A stretch of 62,628 nucleotides of DNA, counting the filler, from Phoronis australis (lineage: Eukaryota; Animalia; Phoronida): assembly GCA_002633005.1 (NCBI GenBank). It is 9 parts of 9 records of this genome, joined end to end, with 100 filler letters (N's around TTAATTAATTAA, not from the genome) between each part and the next. Parts side by side here need not be neighbours in the genome. Positions count along the whole stretch, not along the records: positions 59,810 to 62,628 come from NMRA01003403.1; 8 more parts are not named here. The stretch is one strand, 5' to 3'. A program made the position numbers and the translations under genes. This document shows positions 61,100 through 62,628 of the stretch, piece by piece; position 1 is the first letter of the stretch, and each line of letters starts with the position of its first letter. Under the pieces are notes generated by a model that was not told where the DNA came from, searched no databases, and saw only the letters and a list, made by a program, of their open reading frames with translations.

Positions 61100-61440
61100 G
61101 AATAGCGAATAATGCTCTTTCAATTATAGAGACCTTGCAATACAGAGAAAGGTAGACAAATTGGTATTCCTAGAAGTGAGAGAATATGCGACATCTGTAA
61201 TCTTGGTGTAATTGAAGATGGGCCTCATTCGTGTGTTCTTGGAGATCTTAGGAAAAATCTTCCACTCAAGCTTGTGAAAGTTAACTCTTCTCTTGAAAGG
61301 TCATGACAATATCCAGCGCCTTGCATTGTACATTCAGAAGGCTCTGGCTTTAAGAGAAGTGCTCTCTGCGTAAATATTCTGAATATACATTTGAATTTAT
61401 GTTTATGTNAGGCAATGTTTACGATGCAGAATAAATGATA
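61100..61440 (+). mobile_element. Non-LTR retrotransposon (LINE) 3' remnant
   Basis: TEKGRQIGIPRSERICDICNLGVIEDGPH matches the E.GR...PR..R.C..C...ED..H C-terminal zinc motif of LINE ORF2; AATAAA near 61430. Confidence 0.65.
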
Positions 61441-62628
61441 TTGAATGATTTAGACCTTGCATGATAAGTGTGTTTTTTCAAAAATGTGTATTTGTGTTTC
61501 GTACAATGGGTCCAACCGTGTGGCCTACGCACACTTGATGCACCGCAAGAGGCCGCGTGCACTTTTCAAAGGTATCGAGACTTTCAACGCAGAGTATCAA
61601 ATCTAAAATCGACTTGGCAATGCACAAACGTGGTGAAAAATTGAGGAACTCTGTTGTGTCCCCATTTGTGACTTGTTCAAACATCAAGCCACAGATGCCT
61701 CCGCTCGAGCAGTTGCTAAGTGGACCAAACAAAGTTAAGCCGGACCACGTGAATATATTCCGTTGGCTTTATGACAATGAATTCATAGTGTCTGATTTTA
61801 CGAAAATGTAAACCATGTTTCTTATGTAAGGTTAGTGGTAATCTCTGCGGTAAGTCATTTAACCGTGAGCGTTTCAGACGGTTTCAGGTGAGACTTGCAA
61901 GTTGATTTCTGTACTACGAAATGAAGATCAGAGTTCAAATTTGAATGTGTTCTTGTAACAATGGAGGGGGCAAAGTTGGTGGGATATAGATTGATCTGCG
62001 GGACTTGTCACACCTTATTGTGTATGTGTGTGCGGGTGCTTGTGTGTCAGTGCGAGTAAGGTGGAATGGCAATCAAACAATTTAGTATTGGAGAATGGAA
62101 GTATATTGGGTTATGCTACTGGAAGCTCAAAAACATCAAGGAAGTGCAGAAAATTGATCTCCCTGACTTAATAAACATTGCATTTATATTGGTTTAAAGA
62201 TATAGTACCTTCTTCGATCATTCCTTTATGAATTTAAGAGGCATTATCTGAGAAAACCTGCAGAGGTCGGCGGAGGCATGTTAAAATTCATGGATTTTGT
62301 CAATGGGGTTTTATTAAGGATACCAAACAATAAAATAAAAAGTTATTTTAAAAATCAAAAAAATGTTTTTATATGGATTACAGCACATCCAATATTCCCA
62401 TGTATTCCAATAGGGAAATGGGTAGTAAGTGTGAAATTTCAAAAGGCTTTTATTAGAAAGTAGTTCCTAACTATTTAAAGTGAGATATTTTTTTCTACCA
62501 AAATAAGGTAAATTAAAAATATTCCATCGTCAAATCTGTGGGAGTTTCTTCCCAGTTCCTGTGAAATGCCGCCAAATACGCAGAATTTTGGGCAATTCTA
62601 TGAAGCTCTCCAGCATTGGAGGTAAAAT

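Overview
Eukaryotic, AT-rich, intron-rich genomic DNA from a non-vertebrate animal. An invertebrate deuterostome or similar marine invertebrate is plausible, but that is inference. The window is a mosaic of nine segments joined by eight identical artificial 100-bp linkers (N44-TTAATTAATTAA-N44), plus one long N gap, so adjacency across linkers cannot be trusted. Reconstructed by hand from splice sites and reading frames: (1) a 12-exon MFSD1-like lysosomal MFS transporter (minus strand, 42883-56587, start exon not found); (2) five consecutive exons of a fused NADH-dependent glutamate synthase (plus, 16611-19661); (3) the last two coding exons of ALKBH6 (minus); (4) a single-exon 529-aa ankyrin-repeat ORF; (5) isolated exons of a secreted CAP/SCP protein, a kringle domain and an ankyrin repeat. 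The rest is intronic or intergenic DNA with decayed transposons: a Kolobok-like THAP/KolX remnant, a CXC-ended transposon protein, DINE-1/HINE-like elements, MITEs and LINE remnants. Most short ORFs in the supplied track are spurious. I do not see a clearly new multi-gene system. The best leads are an MFSD1 with its own glycosylated Cys-rich luminal loop and a C-terminal sorting signal, an exact PKKKRKV motif in the glutamate synthase linker, and an unidentified, locally repeated coding exon family at 25.8-28.9 kb.
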